Of a stretch of DNA of 64,000 bases, positions 17,644-26,863 are shown one piece after another. The DNA is from an uncultured delta proteobacterium (GTDB taxonomy: Bacteria > Desulfobacterota > Binatia > Binatales > Binataceae): contig CAWJET010000001.1 of the NCBI GenBank assembly GCA_963842085.1, forward strand, positions 416,001-480,000, given 5' to 3'. The notes beneath the pieces are model-generated. The model searched no databases. It saw only the letters and a list, made by a program, of their open reading frames with translations, and was not told where the DNA came from. The translations under genes and the position numbers were made by a program. Numbering within the stretch: position 1 is the stretch's first letter; the number at the start of each line of letters is the position of its first letter.

Positions 17644-18837
17644 TTAGCGCCAGACGGTCGTCGCGAACCCGATCAGTCCACCGCCGAGCACCAGCCACGC
17701 TGAATTCACGCGGTAGCGGATCAAGATGATCGCGCTCGAGACCGCGAGAATCATCGTGGTGACGTCGACGATTGCGGCGCGCGCGAGAAACAGGGTCACC
17801 GCCGCCATCAAGGCGCACGCGCCGACGTTGACGCCGTCGAGAAACGCGCCGGCCAGCGCGGAGCGGCGCAGATGTGGGATCAAAGGCCCGCTGAGCGAGA
17901 CGAAGAAAAACGACGGCAGAAAAATTCCAAGCGTCGCGACTGCCGCGCCGCGGAATCCACCGAGGATGTAGCCGATAAATGTCGCGGTCGTGAACACCGG
18001 CCCCGGCGTGACCTGGCCGACCGCGACGGCGTCGAGCAACTGCGCCTCGGTCAGCCATCGCAATCGATCGACCAGGTCGGTGCGGATGAACGCCAGCAAC
18101 ACGTAGCCGCTGCCGAAGAGCACCGCGCCCACCTTCAAAAAGAACAGAAACAAAGTGGCGAGACTGAACGGGACCGCGGCTGCGGCGAGCACAGCTGCTT
18201 TCGCGCCGGACGCGCGCGTGGCGACGGTCGGGATCGCGGCGAGCGCCGCGCGTGTGCCGGCGCGATCTTCGACAGCTCGAATCGCGAGCATCACGATTCC
18301 GCCGCCGAGCAGCACGATAAGATCGTTCACGTCGAGGAGTGACGCGGCCAGCGCAACGATCGCGATTGCCGCGAGGATGCGCGACTTGATTGCGGTGCGC
18401 CCCAGTCCCCACAGCGCCTGCAGCACGACCGCGATGATCACCGGCTTGACCCCATACAGGAGACCGACCGCCTGCGGCATCGCGCCGAACCGCACGTAGG
18501 TCCATGCGATCGCCAGCACGATCGCGGCGGCCGGAAGGATGAAGCACGCGCCGGCGACTATCAGCCCCGCAAGTCCCGCCTGCTGCTGCCCGATGTGAAT
18601 CGCCATCTCGGTCGAGTTGGGGCCGGGAATCAGGTTGCAGATGCCGAGCATGTCGAGGAAGCGCTCGTGCGTCAGCCATCGCCGGCGGCGCACGACCTCG
18701 TCCTCCATCATCGCGATGTGGGCGGCGGGACCGCCCATCGCAATCGTGCCGAGTCGAAGAAACAACACGGCGAGAGCGCGGAGCGCATCGCGTCGCGCCG
18801 CGGGATTTTCTGTGGCGTGAGAAATCGATTCGTCCAT
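17644..18837 (-). CDS. chrA: Chromate efflux transporter (CHR family)
   Basis: GGPAAHIAMM, IPGPNSTE, FGSGYVL and VTPGPVFTTATFIGY motifs. Confidence 0.93.
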   Translation of the reverse strand: MDESISHATENPAARRDALRALAVLFLRLGTIAMGGPAAHIAMMEDEVVRRRRWLTHERFLDMLGICNLIPGPNSTEMAIHIGQQQAGLAGLIVAGACFILPAAAIVLAIAWTYVRFGAMPQAVGLLYGVKPVIIAVVLQALWGLGRTAIKSRILAAIAIVALAASLLDVNDLIVLLGGGIVMLAIRAVEDRAGTRAALAAIPTVATRASGAKAAVLAAAAVPFSLATLFLFFLKVGAVLFGSGYVLLAFIRTDLVDRLRWLTEAQLLDAVAVGQVTPGPVFTTATFIGYILGGFRGAAVATLGIFLPSFFFVSLSGPLIPHLRRSALAGAFLDGVNVGACALMAAVTLFLARAAIVDVTTMILAVSSAIILIRYRVNSAWLVLGGGLIGFATTVWR

Positions 18838-18930
18838 GTAACCGCGGATCAGATGATCACGCGTGGCGAAACGTATTACAGCACGCGCGCTTTGTCATTG
18901 GCGAAGGCCTGCGATAAGAATTGAATTACT

Positions 18931-19824
18931 ATGCCACCACAAGTGAAGCAGCGGGTTGTACGCGCGTCGAACCTGAATTTCACGGTGCTCGAGATGGGCG
19001 ACTTGGATAGTCCGCTGGTGCTGTGCCTGCACGGCTTCCCCGACACCGCCCATTCGTTTCGCCATCAGATGCCCGCGCTGGCGAGTGCGGGATACCACTG
19101 CGTCGCGCCGTTCATGCGCGGCTACTCGCCCACCGAGCCTGCGCCCGACGGCCGCTACGATTCAGTAGCGTTGTCCGAGGACGCGCTCGCACTGATCGGC
19201 GCGCTCGGCTACAAGGACGCAATCGTGTTCGGCCACGATTGGGGAGCACTCGCGGCATACGGCGCCGCGGCCGCCGCGCCCGATCGCGTCACCAAGCTCA
19301 TTACGGCAGCAGTCGGGTATGGCTCGAAACTTTTCGAGGCGCTGGTGACCAACCACGCGCAGCAGCGCCGCTCCTGGTACATATTTTTCTTCCAGACCAA
19401 GATTGCCGAGGCCGCTGTGAGTGCCAACAATTTCGCATTCCTGGAAAAGCTGTGGGCCGACTGGTCGCCTGGTTGGAAATGGGCGCCCGAAGACATGGAA
19501 GCGCTCAAGCAATGCTTCCGCGCCAAGGGCACGCTCGAGGCCGCGCTCGGCTACTATCGCGCCACGCTCGGCCCGGTGCTCAGCATGCCGGTCGATCCGA
19601 AGGTGCTCGCGGCCGCGATGAGCACGCCGATCAACGTGCCCGCGATCATGTTCCACGGGCGCAACGACGGATGCATCGGCGCGGAAACGCTCGAGGGGAT
19701 GGAGAAGCTGTTTCCGAAGGGATTGAAAATCGAGATCGTGCCGGGCGCCGGCCATTTCGTCCATCAAGAGCGCCCCGATCACATCAACGACTTGATACTT
19801 AAGTTCCTCCCTGATTCGGTCTAA
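18931..19824 (+). CDS. Alpha/beta hydrolase (epoxide hydrolase-like)
   Basis: LHGFPD, GHDWGA and GAGHFVHQE motifs. Confidence 0.9.
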   Translation: MPPQVKQRVVRASNLNFTVLEMGDLDSPLVLCLHGFPDTAHSFRHQMPALASAGYHCVAPFMRGYSPTEPAPDGRYDSVALSEDALALIGALGYKDAIVFGHDWGALAAYGAAAAAPDRVTKLITAAVGYGSKLFEALVTNHAQQRRSWYIFFFQTKIAEAAVSANNFAFLEKLWADWSPGWKWAPEDMEALKQCFRAKGTLEAALGYYRATLGPVLSMPVDPKVLAAAMSTPINVPAIMFHGRNDGCIGAETLEGMEKLFPKGLKIEIVPGAGHFVHQERPDHINDLILKFLPDSV

Positions 19825-19873
19825 TCCTAACCTCTCATTATCTCAAGACCTTTGCGTAACCGGGCTCGGAGTT

Positions 19874-19911
19874 CTTCCCCTCTCCCTGCAAGGGAGAGGG
19901 GAAGGTGAGGG
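19874..19911. repeat. REP-like palindrome, copy 2 (possible terminator between convergent genes)
   Basis: CTTCCCCTCTCCCT-GCA-AGGGAGAGGGGAAG perfect 14-bp stem with GTGAGGG tail. Confidence 0.7.
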
Positions 19912-20106
19912 TCCTTGTTCAGCGCGCGCTTTTCCGCGCGCGATTCAAGATTCTGCTTCTTCTACTGCGTATTCCCGGGATCTTACGCGGCCGTCTGCTC
20001 GACGTGTTGAATGACGGCGACGCATGCAGCATCGCAGCCGGACGATGCGCCCTGCCCATCCCGGCCTGCTGGGGACGAATTCTCGAAGTTCGGTAGCAGA
20101 GCGTTG

Positions 20107-20466
20107 TCATCGATTGACGATGTACCCTCGGAACATCGCCTGGGCGTTCATCGCCGGCCGATATTCCGAAATCGAGCGCGAGCCACGGCGGTCGTCATTC
20201 CACACCGCGTGTGGCGTGCCGGCCGGAATGATCATCACACTCCCCCGGCCAAGGACGTGCTCCCGTCCTGCCACCCGGCATCGCATGGTACCCTCGACGA
20301 CTTCGAGGCGCTCCTCCTGATGCGTGTGTATGTGATCCCTGGGCGGAGCCGAAACTACGCGCGCGATATATTCGCAGCGGAAGAGTTCGCCGGCGGTCTC
20401 CTCTGCTGACTTAAGGACGATCACTCGATCTTGCGTTGCGGGACGATCCGAGAGTTTCGTTGCCAT
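20107..20466 (-). CDS. Cupin domain protein
   Basis: HIHTHQEERLEVVEG and IPAGTPHAVWN motifs; GAGGGAG RBS. Confidence 0.85.
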   Translation of the reverse strand: MATKLSDRPATQDRVIVLKSAEETAGELFRCEYIARVVSAPPRDHIHTHQEERLEVVEGTMRCRVAGREHVLGRGSVMIIPAGTPHAVWNDDRRGSRSISEYRPAMNAQAMFRGYIVNR

Positions 20467-20540
20467 GATCTTTCTCCCTCGTCGAATGCCGCGTAAGGAG
20501 AAAATTTAACATTCCATTGCCGTTGAACCGCGCGTGACTG

Positions 20541-20611
20541 CTGACAGCCCTCTGTCAGGACAATCCGGCGCAATGCGCGTAGGTTGCGAGATCCTGACAG
20601 CGTCCTTTCAG
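20541..20611. promoter_or_regulatory. Two CTGACAG-N4-CTGTCAG operators
   Basis: 20541-20558 is a perfect palindrome; 20594-20611 has one mismatch; 53 bp apart, between the WYL gene and the cupin gene. Confidence 0.65.
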
Positions 20612-20627
20612 GAGCCTTACATCGCGC

Positions 20628-21311
20628 TCAGGACTTGCTGAGCAGATGGCGGAAGAGGTCCTCGGCCGACTTGCCGGGCTCTTGCGCAAAAGCTTCGTTC
20701 AGAAACTCGACATCGCTCATGCGGTCGACGCGAAAGAAGCGGAAATCGTCGCGCAGTTCGCACCATGAGGCGGCCATCCAAATCGGCGGATAGAACCAGA
20801 GGCTCAAAGGACGCACCTTGCGGCGAGTCTCGGCGCCCTTCTCGTCGCAGTATCGGAACCGCACTTTCTGGCAACTGCGAATCGCGGCGCGCAACCGTCC
20901 AAGATCAAACGTCGCCGGCACCTTGCGCACGTCTTTTGGCGCCCACAGCGATCGATCGTCCAACAGCCGCTGCAGGTGGGCCGGCAACACGTTCTCGATC
21001 TTCGACAACGCCGCGTCGGCCGCGCGGCCCAGCTCGGCGTCGCTCCAGTTCTGCACCATGCGGGCGCCGAAGACGAGCGCCTGGAGCTCCCCCTCGCTGA
21101 ACATCAGCGGCGGCAGATCGTACCCCTTGCGCAACGAGTAACCGACGCCGGCTGCGCCCTCGATGGGGACCTCGCTTGCGATCAAGTCGCGGATGTCGCG
21201 GTAGATGGTGCGCTCGCTCACCTCGAAATGTTCCGCCAGCGAACTGGCCGTGACCACGCGGCGTCTGCGCAGCCGCTGAATGATCTCGAACAGGCGATCG
21301 GCGCGGCGCAT
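20628..21311 (-). CDS. YafY-family HTH-WYL transcriptional regulator
   Basis: MRRADRLFEIIQ, VSERTIYRDI, LPPLMF and WCELRDDFRFFRVDRM motifs. Confidence 0.93.
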   Translation of the reverse strand: MRRADRLFEIIQRLRRRRVVTASSLAEHFEVSERTIYRDIRDLIASEVPIEGAAGVGYSLRKGYDLPPLMFSEGELQALVFGARMVQNWSDAELGRAADAALSKIENVLPAHLQRLLDDRSLWAPKDVRKVPATFDLGRLRAAIRSCQKVRFRYCDEKGAETRRKVRPLSLWFYPPIWMAASWCELRDDFRFFRVDRMSDVEFLNEAFAQEPGKSAEDLFRHLLSKS

Positions 21312-21372
21312 GATGCTTCCCTCGCATCGCACTTCTCTCACTGTCACGCTCTAACGGCAACACCCGAACGCA

Positions 21373-23373
21373 CTAGCCTTGTCCGCCGATGCCGAATCTT
21401 AACCTCGCCTTGTCGGGAGCGAGGTTATGATCGACGAAGCCCGCTTGCGACTCGCCGCCTCTCTCTCCGGCAGTGGGCGGAGTCCGCAGCAATCCATAAG
21501 CCGTCACCGCGAAGAACACTGCCAGGTTGATCGAGGCAGCCGCTATCAGCGCCGCGTTCGGGTGGTCGGGAAAATAGGACGAGGTGTCGGTGAGATGCTT
21601 GATGTAGGCGAGGTTGAACAGGAATGTCGCGCTGACGACGGCGAAGATCGACGTGAGAAAGGCGCTGTCCAACGCGATCGGAATCAGGAATACGACCGGG
21701 TAGTACAGGTATCGCTCGTGCATCCGGGGCGCGAACATGAAGAAGCCGAACAGCGCGACGAAAATCGCGAGCATCGCCGCGCGAGCCGACCGCGCGCGCC
21801 AGACCAGATACGACACGATCAGGTAAACGGCGCACACCAGCGAAAGGCCGAACGCGCGATACGACACGCCGAGAAGGACCTGGTCGGTGTCAGGCGTGCC
21901 CATCCCGCCGATCAGCCCCATGAAGTTGAACGCGCCCACCGATGCTTCGCTGAAGCGCGTGCCGAGGTCCTTATATACGTTGATTATCCAGTCCCACGAA
22001 TGTCCGAGCTGATACGGCAGGATTCCGATCGCAACGGTGCCTAGAAATGCGCCCGCACACCATCCGCATTCGGCGAGGCCTGCGTTGAACAGCGTCCAAA
22101 GTGCAATCGGCGGCGTGAACGCCAGCGCTTGCGGCTTGGCTAGGATGGCGATCGCGGCCACGCTCCACCCTAGGCGATAGCGGCCGCTGAGGATCAGGAT
22201 CGCGGCGGCGATCATCGGCATCGCGACCACCGAATCGCTCTGGCCCCACACCACCGTATCAAAGATGAGCGCCGGGTTGAGCGCGAACAGCGTCATTATA
22301 ATGATGGCGCGCAGGCTGCGTCCGTCGCGCCACGCCGCGAAGTACAGCGTGAGGCCGATAAAGAGATCGGCGATTAGCGGCGGCGTCTCGACCAGCACCC
22401 GGAAGCCGTTCGCAGTCGGCTCGACCAACCTGCCGAGCCATCCCGAGAGCCACAACAGGTAGAGCGACCCGGGCGGATAGGCGTCAACCGGCAAGCCGGG
22501 ATCGTAAATTTTCGAGGGCCCCAAAGCGGCGGCCAGCAAAGCGCGATCGCTCTTCGCCCAGATGTCCCAGTAAAAGCCGGTGAAATGAAACAGCGCGGCA
22601 AACTTGACCGCCGTGATCGCGAGCATGAGGCCCGCAGGCAGCAGCCATGCCCCCTGCCCTGCCCCAAGTGCCGGCCGCCATATTGCGCCGAGCGCCCATC
22701 CCAGCAGCCCCAGCAGGACGAGGCCGCATACGACGCCCGTCGCGCGGATCGAGACTCTGGTATCCGGTTGATGTGCCTGGTTTTTGTCGACTTTGCGAAT
22801 CGTGGCGAGATTGAATCTGACCGCGCCCGGCGGCAGAGCCGCGACCTCGATCACCTTGATATTGCGAAATGACGCGCGCCCCGTATCCGGATAACCCAAG
22901 CTGCCGAGCTGGCAGAGCAATTCAGTCGTATCGCCCCACCTGTCTTCGATGAGAAAGAACGAGAGCGTCTGCCAGTCGGTGGTGCCTTGCAGATGATTCG
23001 AGATGAGCTGGATGCCGTCGTAAGTACTGATCGCGATATTCGCGCCGCCTCCGCGCAGCATCGCACCCTCGACGCGCGCTTCAGCGCTGACCTCGTAAAT
23101 TCCCGGCCGCAGCATCAGCGCCTGATGCCAGCTCGAAAAGGTCCGGCTCTGATTCGAGATTCCAAGCACGCCGCCGGCGGCCGGCGTATAAGTCCATGAA
23201 AACTTGGTCAGTTTCTTGTCGGAGGACAGCGCGTACCAATCAGCCGGCGCGCCGTCGAAGCCGGCCGCAAGGTCGCCGTTCTTTACGAGATTGGTAGCCG
23301 CGAACGCGCAAAGCGGCCCGCAGAGCCATGATGCGCACAGGGCCAGCGCCACAACCGCGATGAATCTCCGCAT
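21373..23373 (-). CDS. Polytopic GT-C glycosyltransferase-like protein with N-terminal carbohydrate-binding-like domain
   Basis: Signal peptide, NLVKNGD beta-domain, then DAYPPG, NPALIFDTVVWGQSD, KPQ and MHERYLY motifs with many TM helices. Confidence 0.75.
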   Translation of the reverse strand: MRRFIAVVALALCASWLCGPLCAFAATNLVKNGDLAAGFDGAPADWYALSSDKKLTKFSWTYTPAAGGVLGISNQSRTFSSWHQALMLRPGIYEVSAEARVEGAMLRGGGANIAISTYDGIQLISNHLQGTTDWQTLSFFLIEDRWGDTTELLCQLGSLGYPDTGRASFRNIKVIEVAALPPGAVRFNLATIRKVDKNQAHQPDTRVSIRATGVVCGLVLLGLLGWALGAIWRPALGAGQGAWLLPAGLMLAITAVKFAALFHFTGFYWDIWAKSDRALLAAALGPSKIYDPGLPVDAYPPGSLYLLWLSGWLGRLVEPTANGFRVLVETPPLIADLFIGLTLYFAAWRDGRSLRAIIIMTLFALNPALIFDTVVWGQSDSVVAMPMIAAAILILSGRYRLGWSVAAIAILAKPQALAFTPPIALWTLFNAGLAECGWCAGAFLGTVAIGILPYQLGHSWDWIINVYKDLGTRFSEASVGAFNFMGLIGGMGTPDTDQVLLGVSYRAFGLSLVCAVYLIVSYLVWRARSARAAMLAIFVALFGFFMFAPRMHERYLYYPVVFLIPIALDSAFLTSIFAVVSATFLFNLAYIKHLTDTSSYFPDHPNAALIAAASINLAVFFAVTAYGLLRTPPTAGERGGESQAGFVDHNLAPDKARLRFGIGGQG

Positions 23374-23519
23374 TGGTTCGATCGAATCCGATGCCGTGAG
23401 GGGTACCGATCCATGCGCATCCAATCAAGTGTGGATATGCACGTGCAAGAGCTGATGCTTTCGGCGCGCGCGCCGACTAGGATCGGCTGAAATTGGCTCA
23501 ACCAGGGGAGGGATCCACG

Positions 23520-23915
23520 ATGGCTGAAAAATCACGCGGCGCCGCTCTCACAATCTTCGCGCTACTGTTCGCACTCCTGGCGCTATCCGACTTTCTCAAA
23601 CCGTTTCATATCTTCGCAGGCGACGGCTTCGTTTTTCTGGGCACCAAGCTGACCGGCATCCCCAACGCGATCCTGGGTCCCCTGTTCGGGATATTTCTTC
23701 TGGCCTTCGCCTACGGCATCTGGGCGATGCGCAGCTATGCGCTGCAATTCGCGTACATCTTTTTGCTCTGGGTGATGCTGAACATGGCGCTGTTCGCGGC
23801 CAAGAACCACGGCACGCAGCCACTGGCTGCCAGCCTTGTCCCCGTCATAATCGGGGTTGGCATTCCGCTCGCGACGGCGATCATCCTGCGTCGCCGCAGC
23901 GCCGATCTCGCCTGA
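23520..23915 (+). CDS. Four-TM membrane protein, paralog A
   Basis: SRGAALTIFA...KPF...GFVFLG...YGIWAMR; GGAGG RBS. Confidence 0.75.
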   Translation: MAEKSRGAALTIFALLFALLALSDFLKPFHIFAGDGFVFLGTKLTGIPNAILGPLFGIFLLAFAYGIWAMRSYALQFAYIFLLWVMLNMALFAAKNHGTQPLAASLVPVIIGVGIPLATAIILRRRSADLA

Positions 23916-23927
23916 TAGGTGTCCGCG

Positions 23928-24338
23928 ATGCCGACCCAGTCGCGCGGCGCGGCACTGACGATATTCGCGATGCTGCTCGCGCTGATGGCGCTTTCCAATT
24001 TCGGCAAGCCATTTTCGCATAATCCCGGCGTCGGCTTCGTCTTCTTCGGTGCGCGGCTTTCGAGCGTGCCCAACATGATTGTCGCGCCGATTTTCGGCAC
24101 CATCCTCGCCGTCTACGCGTACGGGATCCTTGCGATGCGCAGGTTTGCGCTGCCGCTTGGGATTTTTTACGCGGCCTACGTGATCATCAACATGCCCCTG
24201 TTCATCTTGAGGTACCACGGCACCGCGGTGATGCAGGAGCATTCGTGGGCCTACCTCGTTCCCTACCCGTTCGTCGCGATCGGCGTGTCGTCGGGCGCGG
24301 CCCTGCTTCTGTACCGCCGCAGAAGCGACCTCGAATGA
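23928..24338 (+). CDS. Four-TM membrane protein, paralog B
   Basis: SRGAALTIFA...KPF...GFVFFG...YGILAMR; homologous to the upstream gene. Confidence 0.75.
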   Translation: MPTQSRGAALTIFAMLLALMALSNFGKPFSHNPGVGFVFFGARLSSVPNMIVAPIFGTILAVYAYGILAMRRFALPLGIFYAAYVIINMPLFILRYHGTAVMQEHSWAYLVPYPFVAIGVSSGAALLLYRRRSDLE

Positions 24339-24426
24339 CTAAACGCGTCTCGCCTCTGGCGCCAGCTTGGCGTTAGAATGACCCCAAGCCGCGACCGCCC
24401 GAGCCGCGGCTCCGCGAGGTGCTCAG

Positions 24427-25665
24427 ATGAAACGATCGCGCGACGGCTCGATCATTGGACGACGCGAGTTCCTCAAACGCGGCGTGCTGGCCGGCGTGGG
24501 TGTATCGCTCTTGCCGCTGGCCGGCGCTGCGAGCGCATCGCTCGAGGCTGTCCCGCGCGTCCGCCGCTACTCGACGCTGGGCCGCACCGGTCTCAAAATT
24601 TCCGACATCTCGTTCGGCGCCAGCCGCCTGGCCTCCGGCGATGAAGACCTGGTCCGCCACGCATTCGATTGCGGCATCAACTATTTTGACTCGGCCGATA
24701 CCTACACCAGCGGCGAATCCGAAACTACCATCGGCAACGCGCTCAAGGGCAAGCGCGACAAGGTCTTCCTGACTTCGAAGACGATCGCCGAGGCCGACGC
24801 CGGCCGCGCTTCGATGATGACCGCGCTCGAAGGAAGCCTGCGCCGCCTGCAGACCGATCATATCGACGTGTACTTCAACCACGCGGTCAACGATCCCGCG
24901 CGATTGAAAAATCCCGAGTGGTACGAATTCGTCAACCAGGCGCGCAGCCGGGGCAAAATCCGGTTTACCGGGATGTCGGGGCACGCAGGCAACCTTGCCG
25001 AATGCCTCGACTACGCGATCGACAGCGGCCACTTCGACGTGATCCTGTGCGCACACAACTTCGGCCAGGACCCGCACTTCTACCAGCGCTTCCTGCGCAA
25101 CTTCGACATGGTCGCCATTCAGCCCGAACTGCCGCGCATCATGGAAAAGGCCAAACAACACGGCGTCGGCGTGGTCGTGATGAAGACCCTGATGGGCGCG
25201 CGCCTGAACGATATGCGCCCGTACGAATCCGCCGGCGCCACCTTCTCGCAGGCGGCCTTTCGATGGGTGCTGTCGAATCCTAACGTCGACGCGCTGATCG
25301 TCACGATGACCAGCCAGGAACTCATCGACGAATACCTGGGCGCCTCGGGCGCAAGAGCGACCGCGGCGCACGATCTGCCACTGCTGAATCGCTACGCGAG
25401 TCTCAACAGCGATTCGCAGTGCCGTCCGGCGTGCAACGCGTGTGCGAACGCATGCCCGTACGGCGTGCCAATCGCCGACGTGATGCGCACGCGGATGTAC
25501 GCTCGCGACTACGGCGACATCCGCCTTGCGCGCAGCGAATACGCGATGCTCTCGTCGAACGCCGCGGCATGCGTCACCTGCGATGCGAAACCGTGCGCCG
25601 GATCATGCCCGCACGGCATCGCGACCGAAGCATTGCTCGCCCCGACCCATCGCCTGCTCGCCTAG
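24427..25665 (+). CDS. Tat-exported aldo/keto reductase with C-terminal Fe-S domain
   Basis: GRREFLK Tat motif; LGRTGLKIS, GINYFDSADTY and SLRRLQTDHID motifs; Cys clusters CRPACNACANACP and CVTC....CAGSCP. Confidence 0.88.
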   Translation: MKRSRDGSIIGRREFLKRGVLAGVGVSLLPLAGAASASLEAVPRVRRYSTLGRTGLKISDISFGASRLASGDEDLVRHAFDCGINYFDSADTYTSGESETTIGNALKGKRDKVFLTSKTIAEADAGRASMMTALEGSLRRLQTDHIDVYFNHAVNDPARLKNPEWYEFVNQARSRGKIRFTGMSGHAGNLAECLDYAIDSGHFDVILCAHNFGQDPHFYQRFLRNFDMVAIQPELPRIMEKAKQHGVGVVVMKTLMGARLNDMRPYESAGATFSQAAFRWVLSNPNVDALIVTMTSQELIDEYLGASGARATAAHDLPLLNRYASLNSDSQCRPACNACANACPYGVPIADVMRTRMYARDYGDIRLARSEYAMLSSNAAACVTCDAKPCAGSCPHGIATEALLAPTHRLLA

Positions 25666-25962
25666 CTGGCACTTTCAAACCTAACCGGCGCGCAAATTTC
25701 GTGCGAATCCGGGTTTCAGGGTCGGCTCTCGGGATGAACTGTTCAGCCTGACGCCAGCGGATTCAGCGTGCTACGAATACGGTATGTACGACTCTTCCCC
25801 ATACTCGCCAAGCCCGCCCGAAATCGTGCAACCTCCGCTTCTGACTGAAACATTTTTTGACGGAACGAACCCACCGGTGGTGGCGGGCCGTGCCGAAAAC
25901 CACAACATATGGTATAAATTGCCCGTTCTGGTTCTATTCGACGAGCCAGAATCGAGCACGCT

Positions 25963-26820
25963 TCAGAACGGAATCCGCGCGGTCAGGATGACGTTGTGGT
26001 TGTAGTTGCGATGGAACGTCGCCGCGACCTGCTCGCCCACGCCGAACGTCAGGCCTACGCGTTCATGAATCGGGATCCGGCCGATAACGATTCCGGGCGT
26101 GAGATAGAGCATCTGGTGGCCGGTGTCGGCGCCGTACGTTTGCCAGGTGTAGTTGGTCTCGAACTCCGGCCAGAAATATTTGAAGAGGCGATACTGGATG
26201 GCGGTATTCCAGGCCAGCGGCATCCCCAGCCGGTCCAGACCGCCGCTGGGAAACGCGACGCCGACGGTGGACTGCACGTCGAAGTCGCCGAAGCCCTTGC
26301 CTGCCGCGAGCGTCGGCGTGAAGAGCGCGTGCCCGTTGCCGTTGACCTTCGAGCCGGTCGGCACGCTGAACCCCATGAAGGCGGTGACGATATAATTGCC
26401 GTGCTCTTCGTTCGAGGACAGCAGCCGCAGCTTCAGCAGAAACGGCCAGTCGCCGAAACCGTCGGTGTTGCGCGGCATGTTGCGCTTCAGGAACCCCGGG
26501 ACCCCGACTATGACTTCCGTACTTTGAAACGGGATGAGCTCGAGGCCCCTGCCGCCGCCGAAGTTGTCGGTCGCAAGCCCGTCGCGCGACGACTGGAAAA
26601 ACTGGTCGTAGCGCAGCTCCTCTTCGAGCCGCGGCGTGACGGTCACCAGCGGAGTGACCCAGTGCGGCTGCTCGCTCTGGATTTGTGTGACACGCGGAAA
26701 CCAGTTTACGAGATACTCCGCGATCGCAGATCCAAATTCCGAAATGTTTTGAGCGCGACACGGCGTCGCGGCGGCAAGCGCGACAGCCACAACGGTTGCG
26801 CAGGCTGCGAGGATTTTCAT
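25963..26820 (-). CDS. Putative outer-membrane beta-barrel protein
   Basis: Signal peptide, alternating amphipathic strands, GFGD motifs and C-terminal Phe. Confidence 0.65.
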   Translation of the reverse strand: MKILAACATVVAVALAAATPCRAQNISEFGSAIAEYLVNWFPRVTQIQSEQPHWVTPLVTVTPRLEEELRYDQFFQSSRDGLATDNFGGGRGLELIPFQSTEVIVGVPGFLKRNMPRNTDGFGDWPFLLKLRLLSSNEEHGNYIVTAFMGFSVPTGSKVNGNGHALFTPTLAAGKGFGDFDVQSTVGVAFPSGGLDRLGMPLAWNTAIQYRLFKYFWPEFETNYTWQTYGADTGHQMLYLTPGIVIGRIPIHERVGLTFGVGEQVAATFHRNYNHNVILTARIPF

Positions 26821-26863
26821 ATTCGTACCGATCTGCCATGTTAAGAGCGGACTGACAAGTATT

